64,000 nucleotides of DNA from the human T2T-CHM13v2.0 reference genome, Homo sapiens: assembly GCF_009914755.1 (NCBI RefSeq), contig NC_060936.1, one strand, 5' to 3'. The notes below the pieces were generated by a model that was not told where the DNA came from, made no database searches, and was given only the letters and a program-made list of their open reading frames with translations. Positions 1-22,399 of the stretch are shown here, piece by piece (within the stretch, counting starts at the first letter, position 1; every line of letters starts with the position of its first letter). The position numbers were made by a program, and so were the translations under genes.

Positions 1-122
1 CTATCTGATATTAATACTGATGCTCCTGCTTTTAATTAATGATTCCATGATATAGCTTTGTATATCCTTTTATTTACAAACTGCCTATACTGTTATACTT
101 GGAGTTTCTTATAGACATCATA

Positions 123-396
123 CAGTTACCCCTTGACTTATGATGCAATTACATCCCAATAAACTCATGAAAAGTGAAAAATGCAGTTTATGCCGGCAAC
201 ACAGCATATGGACCCTGACTTATGATGGTTCAAGTTACAACTTTTCAACTTTACAATGGTATAAAATGACATGCATTCAGTAGAAACCATATGTCATAAG
301 GAGCACCCTGACTTACAATGGAGTTACATCCCAATAAACCCATTGTTAAGTTGAAAAATCATCCAAGTTCAAACACTGTAATCTGGGGACTGTCAG
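123..396. mobile_element. MER47/Tigger5-family non-autonomous TcMar DNA transposon
   Basis: Repeated gacttatgatg...ttacatcccaataaacccat motifs typical of MER47; TA-flanked; inserted in an old L1. Confidence 0.65.
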
Positions 397-2607
397 TACA
401 GTTAGGTCATTTTTAAAAATCTACACTGTAAATATCTGTATTTTAATTCATGTATTCAGACCATTTACATTTATTATGATTGATACGTTAAGCCATTTTG
501 GTCTGTTTCTTCTCTTAGTTTCTCTGTTTTCTTTTTCTTGCCTGTTACATGAACATATTTCAGGATTCCATTTTATCTATAATGTTTTAAATGTATCTCC
601 TTGTATAGCTTTCTTAGTGGTTGTTCTAGTTATTATATTTATGTAACTTATCATGGTCTACTGAATTCATTTTGTCAGTTTGAGTGATATGTAGAAACTT
701 CACCTCCTTTTATATCCCTTTGTCCTTGCTCATTTATAATATAATTACCTAAAATATTTTCTCTATATATTTAGAACCACATCAGAGTTAAAATTTTTAC
801 TTCAACCACCAAACAAAATTTAGAAAATTCATGAAGCAAAAGGAAGTCTATTACATATACCCACAGTTCTGTTTACCATGTACATTTATCCTTCCTAATA
901 CTTTGAGATTCCTTCTTTTTACTGTTTTCTTCCTATTTAGACAAACTTCTCTTTTGGATAGGTCTACTGGCAAAAAGTTCCTTCATTTTCCTTCATTTGA
1001 GAATGTCTTGATTTCCCCTACATTCCTGAAGGATATTTTTGCTGGATATAGAATTATGAGTTGACAGTCCTTATCTTTCAGCACTTGATAATGTGCCACT
1101 TCCTTCTGGCCTCTGATTTCTGATGAGAAATGAGCTAGTTTTCTAATTGTTTTCCCCAATGGGTAAGATATAATTTCTTGGGCTGCTTTCAAGATTTTCC
1201 TATAGTTTTTTTTTAAACCTGACTATGGTATCTCTTGCTGTGAATGTGTTCAGCTTCTTGAAGCTACATGTTTGTGCCTTTACCAAACTTGGAAAGTTTT
1301 TAGTCATTATTTCTTCCATTACCTTCTCACCCTGCCCTCTTTTCTCCTTTCAGGGACAGAAATCTTAGATCTTTTGTTATAGTCCTACAGGATACTGAGA
1401 ATCTGTTTATTTGCTTTTTAAATCTATTTTCTCTAGTCTGTTCAGATTGGGTAATTTCTAATGTTCTACCTTTAAGCTCAGTAGTTTTTTCCTCTATCCC
1501 TTCCATTCTGCAGTTGAGCCTGGCAACTCAGGCTTTCTTAGTCACTCTTTCAGTTCTAAAATTTCCAATTTTCTTCTCTTTATTCTCTGTTTCTTTGCTA
1601 AGTCTTTTGGGTTTTGTTTGTTTGTTTGTTTCAACCACGTTTATAATTCCTCATTGAATCATTCTTACCATGGCTGCTTTGAAATGTTTGTCAAATAATT
1701 CTAACACCTCTGCATCTCAGTGTTGGCATCTATTAGTGTGTTTTACATTCAGTTTCAGACCTTCCTAGTTCGTGGTGTGACAAGCAATTTTCAATGGAAA
1801 CTTGGACATTTGGGGAATTAAGTTATGAGACTCCAGATCTTAAACAAAGTTTGTATTAGCTGGCTTTTTGTGATATTGCTATGGTAGGGGATGGGTGGTG
1901 TTGCCACCTCATTACTACCACGAGGAGGTAGTAGTCCCGATTCTCCACTCTACTTCTGTTGATACCCAAGGTGGGAGGGCTTCTCATGATACCCATAATG
2001 AACAGGGGTGGGAGTTCTGGTTCCCCATTAGGCCTCAACTGACACCTCCCTGGATGGGAAGCGTAGGAGTAATTTATTATTGCTCCTCATGTTACCTCCA
2101 TCGATACCACAGGGCCAGATGTGGCCTCCATTGATAACACGCAGCTGGGTAGTGGTTAAAGTCCTGACCCTGTACTAGGCCTCCTCTGACATGACCCAGG
2201 ATGTCATGTCAGAGCAGGATGAGGGCAGGGTACCTCATTACTGCCAGTTGAGAGTGGATGTCCAAGCTCCTCATACTGTCTCTAGTGACAGCATGGCAGA
2301 GGATGGGAGCCCTTGTTATTACCCAGGTGAAGATGTCTTTGTCTGGTTTTGGTATTAGGATAATGCTGGCCTTGTAGAATGAGTTAGGAGGCATTTCCTC
2401 TGATTCTGTCTTCTGGAAGAGATTATAGAGAATTAACATAAATTCTCCCTTAAATGGCTGATAGAGTTCACCAATGAACCCACCTGGGCTGCCCAGTCAT
2501 TTCTGATTGGATGTCAGACATTGTGAATTTAATGTTTTTTTCAGAGCTGGATTCTTTGTTTTCCTTTACTTATTTCTGAATCTTCATTCTGGAATGCAGC
2601 TAAGATA

Positions 2608-2957
2608 TAGTAATGAGCCACATAATGAAGTTTCAGTCAACAACAGTCCACATACATATGACAGGGGTCCCATGAGTATAATATTGTATTTTTACTGTTT
2701 AAACCTTTTCTATGTTTAGATATGTTTAGGTACACAAATATTAACCATTATGTTACAATGCCTACAGTATTCAGTACAGTGATATGCTTTACAGGTTTGT
2801 AGCCTAGGAGTAATAGGCTGTACCATATAGGATAGGTATGTAGTATACTGTGCCATCTAGGTGCATATATGTATAGTCCATGATGTTTGCACATGACAAA
2901 ATCGCCTAATGACACATTTCTCAGAACATATCCCTGTCATTAAGCTACACGTTACTG
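2608..2957. mobile_element. Tigger3a (MER7A-like) DNA transposon
   Basis: tacagtattcagtacagt...acaggtttgtagcctaggagtaataggctgtaccatatag core; TA-flanked ends. Confidence 0.75.
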
Positions 2958-3724
2958 TACTTAGAAACAGTCTGATCTTTTCAAATCTTACTTTTATTCT
3001 TGTTAACCAGAACCAGAATAGCCTTTAGTCTATGGCTAATTTGGCCCTGCTACTGAGGCAAAATCCTTCTGAGATTTCTACTCAAAGTACTATGCATTAA
3101 GAGTATCTTTCCACTCTGTCTAACGGAAAAATAAATTTTCCCAGTCCCATGTGAACTCTAGAGACTGTCCCACCTAAATAATTTTCTTTCTCTGGCCTTG
3201 TATAGTTTCCTCCACACATGCGCTAATCAATACTGCAAAGTTACCCTCTGCAGAACTCTGGAGCTCTGCAATACTCTGCTTTTCAAATTCTAGTTTCCTT
3301 GGCCTCTCAAATTCTGAACTCCAACTCCTCAGCTCAAAGATCATGTAGCTCAATTTAGGTTTTTTATCTCTGCACAGTGGCCTGGAAACTCTCCAGAACC
3401 TAAGATGGGGCAATCATAGAGCTCTTATCATTTGTTTTCCTTCCCTCAGATCTGCCCTGTGCTGCCTATTTTCCAATGTCTGAAAACTGTGGTTTCCTAT
3501 TTTTGTCCCAGTTTTCAGTAAACGCCTTAAAGTAAATTCCATCCCTATTCCATCCTAGCCAGAAGCAGAAATCCCCAGACTACTTAGATTTGAATCCTGA
3601 CCATATACTAGTTGTGCAACCTTGGGCCAGTCTCTCAGTGTTTTTATCTTCTCATTTATAAAATGAAGATGATTATCTAACTCCTAGCATTGTTGAGATG
3701 ATTTTTTAAAAGTATATATAAAGA

Positions 3725-5450
3725 TACTGGTACAAAAACAGACACACAGCCAAATGGAACAGAATACAGTAACCAGAAATAAAGCTGCATATCTACAACA
3801 ATCTGATGCTCAACAAAGTTGACAAAAACAAACAATGGGGAAAGGACTCCCTATTTAATAACTGGTGTTGGGAAAACTGGCTAGCCATATGCAAAGGAAT
3901 GAAACTGGATCTCTACTTTTAACCACACCCAAAAGATAACTCAAGATAAATTAGGAAATACCATTCTGGACATTAGCCTTGGCAAAAAATTTATGACTAA
4001 ATTTATGACCCTCTAAAGCAAGGGTCCCCAAACCCTAGGCCATGGACCATTACCAGTCCATGGCCTGTCAGGAATGGGGCCACACAGCAGGAAGTGAGCA
4101 GCAGGTGAGCGACCATTACTGCCTGAGCTCTACCTCCTGTCAGATCAGTGGGAGCATTAGATTCTCATAGTGGTGTGAACCCTATTGCGAACTGCACATC
4201 TGAGGGATCTAGGTTGCATGCTCCTTATGAGAATTTAATGCCCTAATGCCTGATGATCTAAGGTGGAACAATTTCATCCTGAAACCATTCCTCCCAGAGC
4301 CTTGGTTCATGGAGTAATTGTCTTCCACGAAACCAGTCCCCAGTGTCAAATGGCACCAGGGACTTTGGGGACCACTGCTCTAAAGCAATTACAACAAAGA
4401 CAAAAAGTGATAACTGGGACCTAATTAAACTAATGAGCTTTGGTTTGGCAAAAGAAACTATCAACAGAGTAAACAGACAACCCACAGAATGGGAGAAAAT
4501 ACCTGCAAACTATGCATCTGACAAAGTTCTAATATCTAGAATCTATAAGGAATTTACATAACTCAACAAGGAAAAAACAACCCCATAATAAAGTAGGCAA
4601 AGTACATAAACAGACACTTCTCAAAAGAAGACATATAAGCAGCCAACAAACATGAAAAAAATGCTTAACATCACTAATCATCAGAGAAATGCAAATTAAA
4701 AAACACAATGAGATACCATCTCACACCAGTCAGAATAGCTATTACTAAAAGGAAAAAAAAAATAACAGATGCTAGCAAGGCTGCAGAAAAAAGGGAACAT
4801 TATACACTATTGATGGCTACGTAAATTAGTTCAGCCACTGTGGAAAACAGTTTGGAGATTTCTCAAATAACTAAAAATAGAACTACCATTCCAGCAATCC
4901 CATTACTGGGTATATACTGAAAGGAGAGTAAATCATTCTATTAAATTGACACACACACTCATATGTTCATCACAGCACTATTCACAATAGCAAAAACATG
5001 GAATCAACCTGGGTTCCCATCAATGGTGAATTGGATAAAGAAAATATGGTACATATACACCACGGAATACTATACAGCCATAAAAATGAATGAAATCTTG
5101 TCCTTTGCAGCAACACAGATACAGCTGGAGACTATCATCCAAAGCAAATTAACAAAGGAACAGAAAACCAAATACCAATACCACATGTTCTCACTTGTAA
5201 GTGGGAGCTAAACACTGACTACATATGGACATAAAGATGGGAACAATAGAACTGGGGACTACCAGAGAGGGGAGAGGATGAGGGGGAAAGGGCTCAAAAA
5301 CTTCCTATTAGGCACTATGCTCAGTATCTAGGTGACGGAATCTTTATTACCCCAAAGTTCTGCCTCAGCATCATGCAATACACCTGTGTAACAAATCTAC
5401 ACATGTAACCCCTGAATCTAAAATAAAACTTGAAATTATTTTTTAAAAAA
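3725..5450 (+). mobile_element. 5'-truncated L1 (L1PA15/16-like), ORF2 3' part and 3'-UTR
   Basis: ORF2 C-terminal peptides ([17 protein letters not shown]; MFITALFTIAKTWNQP); 3' end cccctgaatctaaaataaaa followed by an A-tail. Confidence 0.85.
4019..4377 (+). mobile_element. MER1B hAT-Charlie MITE inserted in L1
   Basis: Termini caagggtcccca...tggggaccactg; perfect 8-bp TSD CTCTAAAG at 4011-4018 and 4378-4385. Confidence 0.9.
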
Positions 5451-5677
5451 AGAAAAGTTAAGTAGAATAAAGTATTACAAGTAGTGAAAAGAGAAAATAA
5501 TTTGGAAACTTTTTTTTACACTGACTTTAATTTGTGCTTTTGATGAAAATACATTTCACTTTTTACATTTTGAATACAATTGCATTTTAATTCTGTGTGT
5601 TATTATTAATGGAAAACAAACATGTAAAAAGCTTCTTTACAAGAGTATAGTGATTTTGCTAAATTGAAAAAAAATGT

Positions 5678-6063
<386 letters not shown>

Positions 6064-6323
6064 CTATTTCTTTCTTTCACTTCTTCAACTTCTGTAAATT
6101 CTGATTTACAAATCTGAAATCAACTTAAAAGTATCTGTATATTTATTATGTTAATTGGTACCATGATAATAACTGTGAGGTATGAATGATACTAATACCA
6201 TTAATTAAGTATCTACTATGTGTCAGGCATTATGGTAAGTATTTTGCACATTAAGTTTCAAGTTCCCAGATCTTAGTTTTTAAATTATTACATTAACTTT
6301 TTATATTACTTAAGAAAACAATA

Positions 6324-12177
<5,854 letters not shown>

Positions 12178-12371
12178 CAGACATATGAAAAAGTAACAAA
12201 TTAAAAAAAAAAATAATCACTATTATGATGAGTTTCCTCTTTTTCCCTTTTATGTACTATAATTTATTTTTCCTAAATTAATGATGGCATGTTTTATACA
12301 AAAATATTTTGTCATTCCTTACATGAAGAAAATATCACTTAAATTACTTACATACTTAAAGTTCATATTTT

Positions 12372-12670
12372 GGCTGGGTGTGGTGACTCGGGACGCCTGT
12401 AATCCCAACACTTTGGGAGGCCAAGGTGGGCAGATCATGAGGTCAGGAGATCAAGACCATCCTGCCTAACACAGTGAAACCCCGTCTCTACTAAAAACAC
12501 AAAAAAATTAGCCAGGCATGGTGGGTGCCTGTAGTCCCAGCTACTCGGGAGGCTGAGGCAGGAGAATGGCATGAACCCAGAAGGCAGAGCTTGCAGTGAG
12601 CCAAGATGGCGCCGCTGCGCTCCAGCCTGGAGGACAGAGTGAGATTCTGTCTCAAGAAAAAAAAAGAAGA
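12372..12670 (+). mobile_element. Alu (AluY-like)
   Basis: gagatcaagaccatcctg and gaatggcatgaaccc diagnostic positions. Confidence 0.93.
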
Positions 12671-13026
12671 AATAAACCCCAGCATTTCCAGGGAACCAGG
12701 GGAGTTCTCTTTTTGCCATAGGAACTTTGGCTCCTCACCTGACACATAAAGCCAAGGAAGAGCACAACCAGTTTGCGAAGCATGATGGAAGAAACTCAGT
12801 GACCTGTCATTATGGACTGTCACTTTGATGGTTTTTCACAGGATGTAGTGCTCCTCGTCCCTCCCTCTCTCCTGAGATCTTAGTATTTTGTCTCCACTGA
12901 ATTACCATTGATTATTTCACTCAGTCTACCATTATAATTACCTGCGCCTACAACTCTGTATTGTCATTACTATTTCCAGAAAATATGAGTCCTAATATAA
13001 TAAAAACAAAATAGTCCCACTTTTGA

Positions 13027-13420
<394 letters not shown>

Positions 13421-14048
13421 AACACTGTATTTATTCGTAAGATGAGATATGTTCTTTCACATATTATTTCATATATTCTTTTTAGTTTATAATATCATCA
13501 GGGACATGTGTATTCCTGGAGTCCCTCTCAGGAAAAACTTTAAAAATCTTCCTAAAGTATTCCCCTAAGAACCAACACACTAAATAATATTGTTACTTTC
13601 ATCTGTGTAAGTAAAAATGTGCAAGTACTGTGTAAGTCCTAATTAACACAAGAAAATCCAATTATTTTTATTACATGAATCCCTTTTACACTAGTTTAAA
13701 TTGTAAAATTGGAAGATGACAAGATTCAGCTCTACTTTGAAGTTTTCAAACTAAATTTGTTGTTTCTATAAAGTATATTTGAAACTATTTGCTGTTTCAT
13801 GATCCACAATCATCTCACCAGGTTTTACTGTTTTTGTATATAGAAAATGAAGTATGAAGGTGATTGAACAAAAGTAAATCCACAATTATACACTCAGTAA
13901 TACTGCTCCTACATAATCAATTGGGAAGTAAAATGAAAGAAACTTCAGTCTTATTTTTCCACCCTCTACTAATTATGGCTTCTTAACTTGCAGTTTATCT
14001 TCAGATTCTTAAGACTATCATAAAACATCACATATGAAAATTAATGAT

Positions 14049-14374
<326 letters not shown>

Positions 14375-15176
14375 TTAAAAATTTTAATGAGAATCACTTA
14401 GTCCTTCATAAGTGAAAAATAGATTAGTCATCAGATTTCGAATGCAGGTTTCACTATTTCAAAAACAACAAAACTAAGAAACTAGAGAATACAAATAATC
14501 CTTACCAGATAAGTATCATCATTAGATTTTAAAAGGAAAGTACAAAATAAAGCACCACTATATGAAACCTTAGGGTTTTCTCTTCAATATACTAAATCTT
14601 CGTTTTAGGCTAGAAATCTTTATCATTCCTATTTTCCACAAATTTTTACATGCAATTCCTTTAAGTCTATCATAATTATGGATTCAAAACCCTTCATACC
14701 ACATGTAGTGTATATATTACCAGCTATTTAACAAAATTGCAGTTGCTGGATGGCCCATAATCAGAGTGGCAACTTCAAACTGCCGGTCACCTTCGAATGG
14801 GTAAGGTCCAGGTTTTGTGTTGACCACACACTGTCGAGACTCAGGTATAGGGCATATAGAATACGAGTGGTGGACTGGTTTGTGGGTTTGAGGGTCTGGG
14901 TGGAAGATTACAAATTCTTCTTTGTGCAAAGTGTAGGAGTACAACATTGAACATGGACTTAGCATATGTATGGTCTCCCCCACTCCTTCTTAAGCCGAAG
15001 CTGGAGAGAATGGGCATTTTGTAAATGTTATGGCATATGCAAATATAATATAATGGCATTAAATAAAAACAATAAGGGAACTGACTAAAACAAAACAGGC
15101 TGTGGGCTGGGAGTTGGTATATCTGAGTTCTACTATAACCTGGCTGCTGACATTCTCTGAGACTTTGAACAATTCA

Positions 15177-16206
15177 TGTTGTGGGAAGTCAGGGACCCCA
15201 AATGGAGGGACCGGCTGGAGTCATGGCAGAGGAACATAAATTATGAAGATTTCATTTTAATATGGACATTTATCAGTTCCCAAATTAATACTTTTATCAT
15301 TTCTTATGCCTGTCTTACTTCAATCTCTTAATCCTGTTATCTTCATAAGCTGAGGATGTACATCACCTCAGGACCACTATAACTGTGTTAACTGTACAAA
15401 TTTGATTGTAAAACGTGTGTTTGAACAATATGAAATCAGTGCACCTTGAAAAAGAATAGAATAACAGCGATTTTCAGGGAACAAGGGAAGACAACCATAA
15501 GGTCTGACTGCCTGCGGGGTCAGACAAAATAGAGCCATATTTTTCTTCTTGCAGAGAGCCTATAAACAGACATGCAATAAGGAAGATATCGCTAAATTCT
15601 TTTCCTGGCAAGGAATATTAATAATTAATACCCTGGGGAAGGAATGCATTCCTGGGGGGAGGTCTATAAACGGCTGCTCTGGGAGTGTCTGTCTTATGCG
15701 GTTGAGATAAGGACTGAAATACACCCTGGTCTCCTGCAGTACCCTCAGGCTTATTAAGATTGGGAAACCCCACCCTGGTAAATTTGGGGTCAGACCAGTT
15801 CTCTGCTCTCGAACTCTGTTTTCTGTTGTTTAAGATGTTTATCAAGACAATACATGCACCACTGAACATAGAGCCTTATCAGTAATTCTGCTTTTGCCCT
15901 TTGCCTTGTGATCTTTGTTTCTGCCCTTTGCCTTTTGATCTTTGTTCTCCTTTTTGCCCTTTGAAGCATGTGATCTTTTTGTGACCTACTCCCTGTTCTT
16001 ATGCCCCCTCCCCTTTTGAAATCCTTAATAAATCTTGCTGGCTTTGAGGCTCAGGTGGGCATCACAGTCCTACCAATATGTGACGGCACCCCCAGGGGCC
16101 GAGCTGTAAAATTCCTCTCTTTGTACTCTTTATTTCTCAGCCGGCCAACACTTACAGAAAATAGAAAGAACCTACATTGAAATATTGGGGGTGGGTTCCC
16201 CCAATA
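15177..16206 (+). mobile_element. MER11 solo LTR (HERV-K11/HML-8), inserted in a MIR
   Basis: Starts tgttgtgggaagtcagggacccc and ends gggttcccccaata; 6-bp TSD AATTCA at 15171-15176 and 16207-16212; TATA-like ctataaa and AATAAA present. Confidence 0.88.
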
Positions 16207-16257
16207 AATTCACTTATCTTGTGCCTTAGTTTATTCATTTAAAATGAAGAAAATAAG

Positions 16258-16570
16258 GGCTGGGCACGATAGTCTATGCCTCTAATTCCAGCACTTTGAG
16301 AGGCTGAGGCAGGAGGATCACTTGAGGCCAGTAGTCCGAGATCAGCTGGGGCAACATAGCAAGGCCCCATCTCTACAAGAGTTTTTGTATTTTTTGTTTA
16401 TTTGTTTGTTTTATTAGCCAGGTGAGGTAGTACATGCCTGTGGTCCTAGCTACTTGGGTACCTGAGGCAGGAGGATCACTTGAGCTGAAGTTATAGTGAG
16501 TTATTATTGCGCCACTGCATTCCAGCCTGGGCCACAGAGCAAGACCTCCTCTTGATCAATCAATCAAAGA
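16258..16570 (+). mobile_element. Alu (AluJ-like)
   Basis: Diverged Alu dimer with aggaggatcacttgag in both arms. Confidence 0.85.
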
Positions 16571-17669
16571 AAATAAGACAGTCTAGCCCCATCTCACTGA
16601 CTATTGTAATAGAAGTGAGATAATATGTGAATAAAGCACTTAAAGCCTTAAAGCTATAAAGAGTTTTTTTTAATGTGAAAAACTATTATAAATATTTATA
16701 GTGTTCTGGTACTACACTGTCAATGGACACAAATGTTCCAAGGTTCATATAGCTTCTTACAGATGAAACACTCATGGCACTTTGCTCACTAATAAGAATA
16801 AATCAGTCCGATCCAAATAGAACAGTTTTAGTTTTTATTAGATGCCTAGAACACTGTAAATATTTAGTAATTGGTAAAGGAAGGTAAGTATATTTTAACT
16901 CTTAATTCTAAATAAAGACAATGCAATAAATTTAAAATGTAGATATGTTTGTAAACAGAATATTTCACATAACTATAGATACCAACCTATTTTTTATGAA
17001 TATGGCAGGATAAAATTAGTATTCCTCTCTTTCAATTTGAAAAATATTCCAAAAGCAACACGACCAATGAAAAACAGAAACCCCATTTTGGGCAAAACTA
17101 GGAGACAAACCACAAAACGAGTAGAAAGGCTGCCAAAAGCAATGGAGATGAAGTGGGAATGTATGCTGTAGGCAGCATAAAGAGAACATTCCAGTTGCAA
17201 ATGGCAGAAAAAAACAAAGTCTATTTCTTGAAGTTGATGGGTACACTTTAAGGTATAAACCCCTTGTTTATATCAAAGTGCACAGGCTGACAGCTAGTGC
17301 TTTCCCATATGTGGTTTGGTTCCAAGAAGCAGAAAGAACAATGCTAAGTAAGGAATCACACTAACTATATTTGCAGAGAGAAGTCCATCTCTGTGGCTAC
17401 ATAAGACAAAAGACTTTGTACAATGAAACTCCCCAAAGTTGTCTATCTCCATTGGCTGGACAAATAAAGGATAAATAGAATTTAAAAGATCTACACCCAA
17501 AACAGAACTTTCACAAAAAAACTGTTGATACGAAGCTGATGAAAATCATGATGAATACTCCACCATTAATGAATAAAACTATACAATCGACTCTAATTTG
17601 AAATTTTTAAAAATATATAATTATAAAATTGTGTTGACCAGAACAATAACAAAGAAACTCGTATAATCA

Positions 17670-17810
<141 letters not shown>

Positions 17811-19039
17811 CTAAAGGGAGAATGCATTTATCATAGATTTATAAACAAAATTCGTACTCACTCCAATAGTCACTTTTACAAATATAATTTTAAATTACAT
17901 TATAATGATAGCCACTCTAAAAGTAAAAAATAAATTTAACAGAAATACAAATGAATTTGGAAAGGTCTTCATAACAAGTATCCTACATACAGAAGTAGTA
18001 CATTCCTGAAAAGATATCCAAAAAGTAAATTACCATTCAATTAATCTTATTTCTTCACTGGTTCTCATTATGATAAAAGTGTATAGTATGAGGAAAGTGT
18101 TGATCTCTGGACTTAAATAAAATAACATGTAAGAATGTAGCACACCTTTCAAAATATAGATTTTTTAAATGTATAATTTAGTATAAGTAAAACAAATTCA
18201 AAAGAGATGTAAGGTTATTGTAATATTTAGTACAGCATTTTAACATCTAATTAAATATTACAATGATAGTTTAACTCAACAGACCAACCTGAAGAATACG
18301 TGCAGCATCATCTCTACTGACTAACCAGGAACACATGCAATTCCCTGGAGTGTTCTCATCCTGCTTCCTAACAGTACTCTATGAAAGCTGCTGGCATTCT
18401 GAATACCCAACAAGAAACTCAGGCCACAAAGCAGAAAGATACAGGAGACACTAACAGGAAATTCGATAACAAGGAAAGCATGTCTCCTAAAATACCCAGC
18501 TCACCATAAATCTTTAGTTCAAAGATTTCTAAGCCAGTTTGTAAACCAAGAAAATGGGTTTCATTATTTTACTGCAGATATACTTTGCTTTGATTTAAAA
18601 AAAAAAGTTTTTATTGAACTTGGTCACTTATCTTGGGTCTGATCTTGTTTATTTACAAAAATTAAACCTACTCCCAAACCATAATGGCTTGCCATTAGGA
18701 CTGTATTAGAAAGATCATATTATCAAGCCAGTAAGCCATTATAAAAGACGATTCTACAACTGTTTTGGGCAATTACCGCATCACTAGACTACAGCTCTCC
18801 AAAGGGGCCCATTTTGAAGGGGACAATAATCATTTGTATGTATAAGGCCAGGTATATTTGTTAAATAAGGTAACATATATAAAATGTCTACCAAGTATCT
18901 AATATACTTGTTATCTGCAGTCTTATCCTGTCCCCTTTATTAAGCATTTAGTCATATTATATCAACACTTCACCAAAGGAGACTAGTCTCAACCTGAAGT
19001 AAAACTGTAACAGATTTTTACTTTTATGAAGTGGCATGA

Positions 19040-20092
<1,053 letters not shown>

Positions 20093-22399
20093 CTAATATG
20101 TAGAGAAATGCAAACAATATAAAATCACATTAAAATCAAGAATTCTCCATATTTCAAAGCCTCTCTCCTAATTATGACAATGGAATTCATGAAAGTTTTT
20201 GCAATATAGTTTTTTTACAGTGATCACTATACAAATAGAATCATCATTTGAAATAATACTTTAAGAATCTCAATTTCAGGCTCTTGGAGATGTCAAAAAT
20301 TCCATTAACATGAAGTAAAGACAATTACTGATTATTATTGCTATTGTTAGGAATAACTATGTTGGCAGCTAAGACTATCATGTTGTATACAATGGCTAAT
20401 AGTCTAGTTATTTTCCAAAGCAGGCAAAATAAAGGTGTAACAATTTGTTATACCAAAGAGAACCTTTCAGACTTATTTTCAATTAGAAAAGGCTCATTTT
20501 TACTCTCACACTGTACCTAATTTAGGCTTCTCCTTGTCACACTCTTTTATAGAACTCGTATTTTAATAAGTAATTAAATATTTATGTAAGTCCCATGTGG
20601 GAAAACACAGTCTTTATTCACCGTTGTATTCCCAATACCTCCCACCAATGTCTGGCACATAGGAACCACTCAACTATTTCATGAATGAAGGAGGAACAAA
20701 TACTAGTTGTAAAAAAAAAAAAAAAAATCTAAAGTTTGCATGTATATTAATTTCTATAAAAATGATAATGTTCAGTTTCCTTTTTTATGAATAGTCCAAA
20801 TATTGTATTCAAAATATTACATTTTACTGAATGGAGAGCTTACTATATATAAAGCATTGTACAATGCACTGTAACCTACATACCATCCTGTTCTAAGCAC
20901 ATTATATGCATTACTTTATTTAATTCCTACAACAATGCCACAGTATAGCTATGCTGAGGCACACAAGGTATCTAAATAACTTTATAAAGATCACAAAAAC
21001 TCACATGAAGCACATATCTCCCCATAAAAACTTCAAACTCTGGTGTTAAAAATAACTCATACACACAAATAACTATAAAAGTAGGCAATACAGGCTTACC
21101 AGACAAGTAAAAAAGAGAAAACACATTTAGGATAGAAGGCATGACACGTCAAAGGAATGGGAAAACTAAAGCTTATATAGAACCCTTATATAGAAAGCTT
21201 ATAGAACCCAAACTCAAGCCAGGTAACATTTTAATTTGCCTGGGTGTCAGAGACTGTATGGGAGAAAAGTGATTCTCAAAGGTGAGTTAAAGCCATTTTG
21301 AATGGGACCACATTAAGTACTACAGAAAATTTAAAATTGTGGGACCCTATATGCACACTGGTAGAAATATCTAAACACTGTAACATTTCCAAATGCCACC
21401 TTGGAGGGCTGCACTCTGGCTGGAAACAAAAGGAAAATTAGGTTGCAGCCAAAGAGTGAAAGGTTCCTGAATACCAGGTTTAGACTCTTATTATTTATTC
21501 AGTATTCAATAGTATTTACTTTAAAAATTTATTTTATTTAAAATGAATATATACAATTACATAAATAAAATAATTCAAACAAAAGACTAAAAAGTCTTCT
21601 CACTTCAGTAATCCAATTTCCTTTTATTGAAGCAATCATTGTCAATAACTTATGTACCCTTCCTAAAACAATCTACAGATACACAAGCATGTATATCACT
21701 TTTGATTTCTATACAAAAAGGATATTGTACATATATTTTTCTGTACCTTATTTATTGAAGGTTTTTAAGCTTAAGAGTGACACTACCATATCTATATTTT
21801 ACGAAGAAGCAAGATGAATCAAAAGCTTTAGTGGGAGAGTAGCTGTAGCTGTGGGAAGAAGAGGCAGTAAATGGAGCCAAAGAAACCAGACAGAAAGCTC
21901 ATGTCATAATCTGGTTTACGGTATCAAGTATCAAGTCTGGGTGACAACATCAAGAGTCCAAATTAAGATGAGGTAGCAATTAAAAGGAAGAGATTAATAG
22001 GTAAAGCTTACATGGCTCCTGTTTCAAATGATCTAACTTCAAAACTAGGCAAGCAAAACCATGGGAAAATTAAGAAAATCTGAACAAAGGTGGGATATTA
22101 AAAGGTATTAATGAATAAGTATTTTAAATATGGCAAAGGTATTGTGATTATGCTTTTAAGACAGACTGCACTGATTTGTTATAGAGATATATACTCAATT
22201 ATTTGTTGAAAGAATATTATTTGATTCAAAATAATCCAGAAACATTGAGGAAAAAAGTGGAAGTGGGTGGGAGAAAGTAGTAGATAAAACAAGCCTGGCT
22301 CAGAATGAATAATTATTAATGCTGGATGATGGGTACATGGGAATGCATTACATGTTTGAGATTTCCAAAACCAAAAGTTAAACTGAAAGTAAAAAGCCT

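Larger units (their letters stand above)
1..3570 (-). mobile_element. Old L1M fragments (ORF1/5' region, plus an ORF2 piece at ~2330-2490), interrupted by DNA transposons
   Basis: T-rich antisense L1-like sequence; ORF 2209-2439 contains [18 protein letters not shown] from L1 ORF2. Confidence 0.6.

Noticed and set aside
14717-15060. 7SK, 7SL or snRNA pseudogene
   Set aside because: No similarity to those RNAs as I recall them; left as an unexplained island.
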